64,000 nucleotides of DNA, taken from NCBI RefSeq assembly GCF_009914755.1, contig NC_060936.1; one strand, written 5' to 3'. Position 1 is the first letter of the stretch. The number at the start of each line of letters is the position of its first letter. Origin of the DNA: the human T2T-CHM13v2.0 reference genome, Homo sapiens. Under the pieces are notes generated by a model, which was not told the origin of the DNA, did no database searches, and saw only the letters and a program-made list of their open reading frames with translations. The translations under genes were made by a program, and so were the position numbers. Positions 58,984-64,000 of this stretch are shown here, one piece after another.

Positions 58984-59945
58984 TGTCTTCTTTGAAAAAG
59001 GGCTAATCATTATGTTTTTAACTATTTTATCTAAAATTTTTTTGAATCGACTTTATTTTCTTTTTGGCATGCCACAGAAGCAACCAAATTTTCTTATCGG
59101 TTGCATTTTTATTGGAATAAATTCTTATCAGAACTTTTGCTTTTGAAAATTATCAGTAATACATTAAGCACAGTATTTTAAGCCTTTTGTCATCTAGAGG
59201 TAGTTTTTTTGTTTTACTCTGACGCTTCCTTGAAAATGTTTCCTCTTCAACAAAGGACTGTCTCAGAGACCCGTGGAAAAGGACTATGTTGGGTATTTTG
59301 GGGTATGTGCTGCTGATGGCATCACTTAAACAATTTTGAGACCATACCAGCAAACTGAGTAAGGATTTCCAGAACTCTAGGCAAGAAACAAATGGAGTCA
59401 TGAAAATGCTAACCCAAGATCCAGTGAAACAAGAATTAATTACATAGGGCTAAATGAACTGATGAGGAATGATTGTAGTTTATGGTGGGCGGGGGGAGTA
59501 TTACTGATTTTTTTTCTTTTTCTTTTTACAAAATTATTTTTATTCTTCTTCACAGCATCTGCAGCTGTGAGATTATTGATGTTTTAATATACAGAAGCCC
59601 TTTCTTTTTTCTTTTATCTATAACCCATAACAATTTAGTAGACTCTGTTTTTGTAAATGGAAATGAAACATTTATAAATGATATCATATTCTTCCAGCCT
59701 AACCCCTCCAGAATCTGGAAACTCTTAATGAACATTCTTCTTTTCATACCAATATAGTTATTTCCGTAGATGCAATAAGGACATATCTGGGACTTAATTT
59801 TACTGGGATTTCATTGAAAACATTGGTTATACAACCAAGAACTTGCCTGGAATGTCATATTTGAAAACTATGTTTATTTACTCGTATATCACCAAGTCCT
59901 TTTAAGTAACTAAAGTTGTTTTATGGAGTCAAGGCTTACAAAACC

Positions 59946-60100
59946 ATTGGGTGCAGTGGTGCACACCTGTTGTCCCAGCTACTTGGGAGACTGAGGCAAG
60001 AGAATTGCTTCAGCCCAGGAGTTCAAGACCAACCTAGGCAACATAGTGAGACCCCATAGTGAGACCCTGTCTTTAAAAAATAAACAAATAAAAAATAAAA
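59946..60100 (+). mobile_element. Alu monomer
   Basis: Alu motifs plus A tail. Confidence 0.8.
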
Positions 60101-60455
60101 CGCTTATACAACCCTCTTGAAAAAACTGGCCTGGGACCTGGTTTACAGGGTTTCCAGACTTACTCTTTTTTCATTGAGTTTTTGAGTTTCACGAAGGCAT
60201 CACAATATATCTTTTTAAAAACAACCCATAATTGGAAACTTAACTAATCAAAATGGGCCACCTCTCCTCATTCATACAAATGAATGGAAGAGATTGGAGC
60301 CCACACAGCTGCCAGGCTCTATGCAGGGCACTTGGCACATAATCTACAGGATGTTTAAATTTTTATTTTACTTTATTCTTATTTTATTTTACTCTTATTT
60401 ATTTATTTTATTTTATTCTTTTTTTTTTCTTTTTTAGAGTTTTTTTGAAAGTCCT

Positions 60456-60559
60456 TGTCAGACAGGTAATGTGTCAACATCATAACGAGGTTTAAGGGAG
60501 GTACAGCTCACACATGAGCATGAAAACCCAATTATCATGCTTATGAACTACAAAAGGAT
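60456..60559 (-). pseudogene. U13 snoRNA (SNORD13) processed pseudogene
   Basis: Minus strand ATCCTTTTGTAGTTCATAAGCATGATAATTGGG...CACATTACCTGTCTGAC matches U13; A-rich tail about 60357-60446; TSD ACAGGAT(G/A)TTT. Confidence 0.9.
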
Positions 60560-60589
60560 CACAGGATATTTTTGTAAGTGCCTACCCAA

Positions 60590-61227
60590 CAGATCTCCCC
60601 TCCTTCTGTGGTACAATGTGTCCAGTGTTGAACTAGTAGCAATCACATTTCCCCACAAGTGTCACGAAAGGGGGACTGTCTCCCAAGTTTCCCCAGCAGT
60701 AAAACCCGATTGGTTTAAGGTCTGCAGGGCGGATCTAGTCCTCTTGCCAGTGATTAATTAGACATGACTGTATAACATGGCTGGGAGGTGGGAGCAGAAG
60801 ATGAGATTCCAAAAGGAAAGGGTTTATGCTCTTGAAAAGAGCTATGTGATGCCTCTGATGAAGCCTATGTTAGTAGAGACATCTGAGAGTGTAGATGAAT
60901 GCCAATGGCCCTCATGGAAAGAGAGAGAGATGAGAAAAAGCACACTCTTTTTTTGCATCTACATGTGATGTCTGGAATTACAGCAGCCATTTTGTGATCA
61001 TGAGAGCAGCTGGCTTGGCTAAGGACAAAATTCGTCACACCAAACATGGCAGAGAAGAAAGAAGATTCTGGATTCCTGATAATATTTTTGAGCCACTGGA
61101 CTAACCAAGACTGGAATTGGTCTTCCTTGGGACTTCTTAATATGTGGGATAGTGAATTTTCACATTGAAGTAAATTTTGAATGGAGTTTTCTGTTTCTTA
61201 TAGCCAAAACCATCTTACCTGCTACAA
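60590..61227 (+). mobile_element. MLT1K-like LTR
   Basis: TGTGATGTCTGGAATTACAGCAGCCATTTTG...GGACTTCTT...TTTTCTGTTTCTTATAGCC. Confidence 0.7.
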
Positions 61228-61323
61228 ATATTTTATTTAATTTCATCTTTACAACAGTCCTATATCTGTGGACATTCTCATTTTATAGATAAAAATCTGA
61301 GATTCAGAAAGTTTTAGTAACAT

Positions 61324-61625
61324 GGCCAGGCACAGTGGCTCACAACTGTAATTCCAGCACTCTGGGAGGCCAAGGTGGGGGGACTGCTTAAGCCCAGGAG
61401 TTTGAGACCAGCCTAGGAAACATATTGACACTCTGTCTCTACCAAAAAAAAAAAAAAAAAAATTACCTGGGCATGATGGTACATGCCTATAGTCCAGCTA
61501 CTCAGGAGGCTGAGGTGGGAGGATTGCTTGAGCCCAGGAGGTCAAGGTAGTAGTGAGCTGTGATCGTGCCACTGCACTCCAGCCTATGAAACAGAGCAAG
61601 ACCCTGTCTCAATAATAATAATAAT
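61324..61625 (+). mobile_element. AluJ
   Basis: Dimer with (AAT)n tail. Confidence 0.9.

Positions 61626-64000
<2,375 letters not shown>

Overview
Primate (human-like) non-coding DNA dominated by transposable elements. I find no supported protein-coding gene, CpG island or intact RNA gene; the ORF-track entries come from Alu, L1, LTR or low-complexity sequence. Contents: about 35 Alu/FLAM copies (several nested), a near-full-length minus-strand L1PB1-like element (3604-10565) carrying a younger L1PA 3' insert, older L1M/L2/MIR debris, many solo LTRs (MSTA, THE1, MLT1, MER39, LTR26-like, MER50, MER21, LTR1/27/28 group, LTR8, MER34 group), DNA-transposon MITEs (MER44B, MER112, MER102, MER5A, Tigger3a, MADE1) and a U13/SNORD13 retrocopy. 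The most notable object is 43561-49920 (minus strand): an LTR8/HUERS-P1-type endogenous retrovirus present as a processed copy of its RNA rather than as a provirus. Its structure is R-U5-PBS(Pro)-internal-PPT-U3-R-poly(A), with a 16-bp target-site duplication (TSD), which points to L1-mediated retroposition. It records the LTR8 start and poly(A) sites and contains a tRNA-Glu-like module, leader tandem repeats and a transmembrane-like 3' ORF. Subfamily names come from recalled consensus motifs, not database searches, and boundaries without a TSD are approximate.
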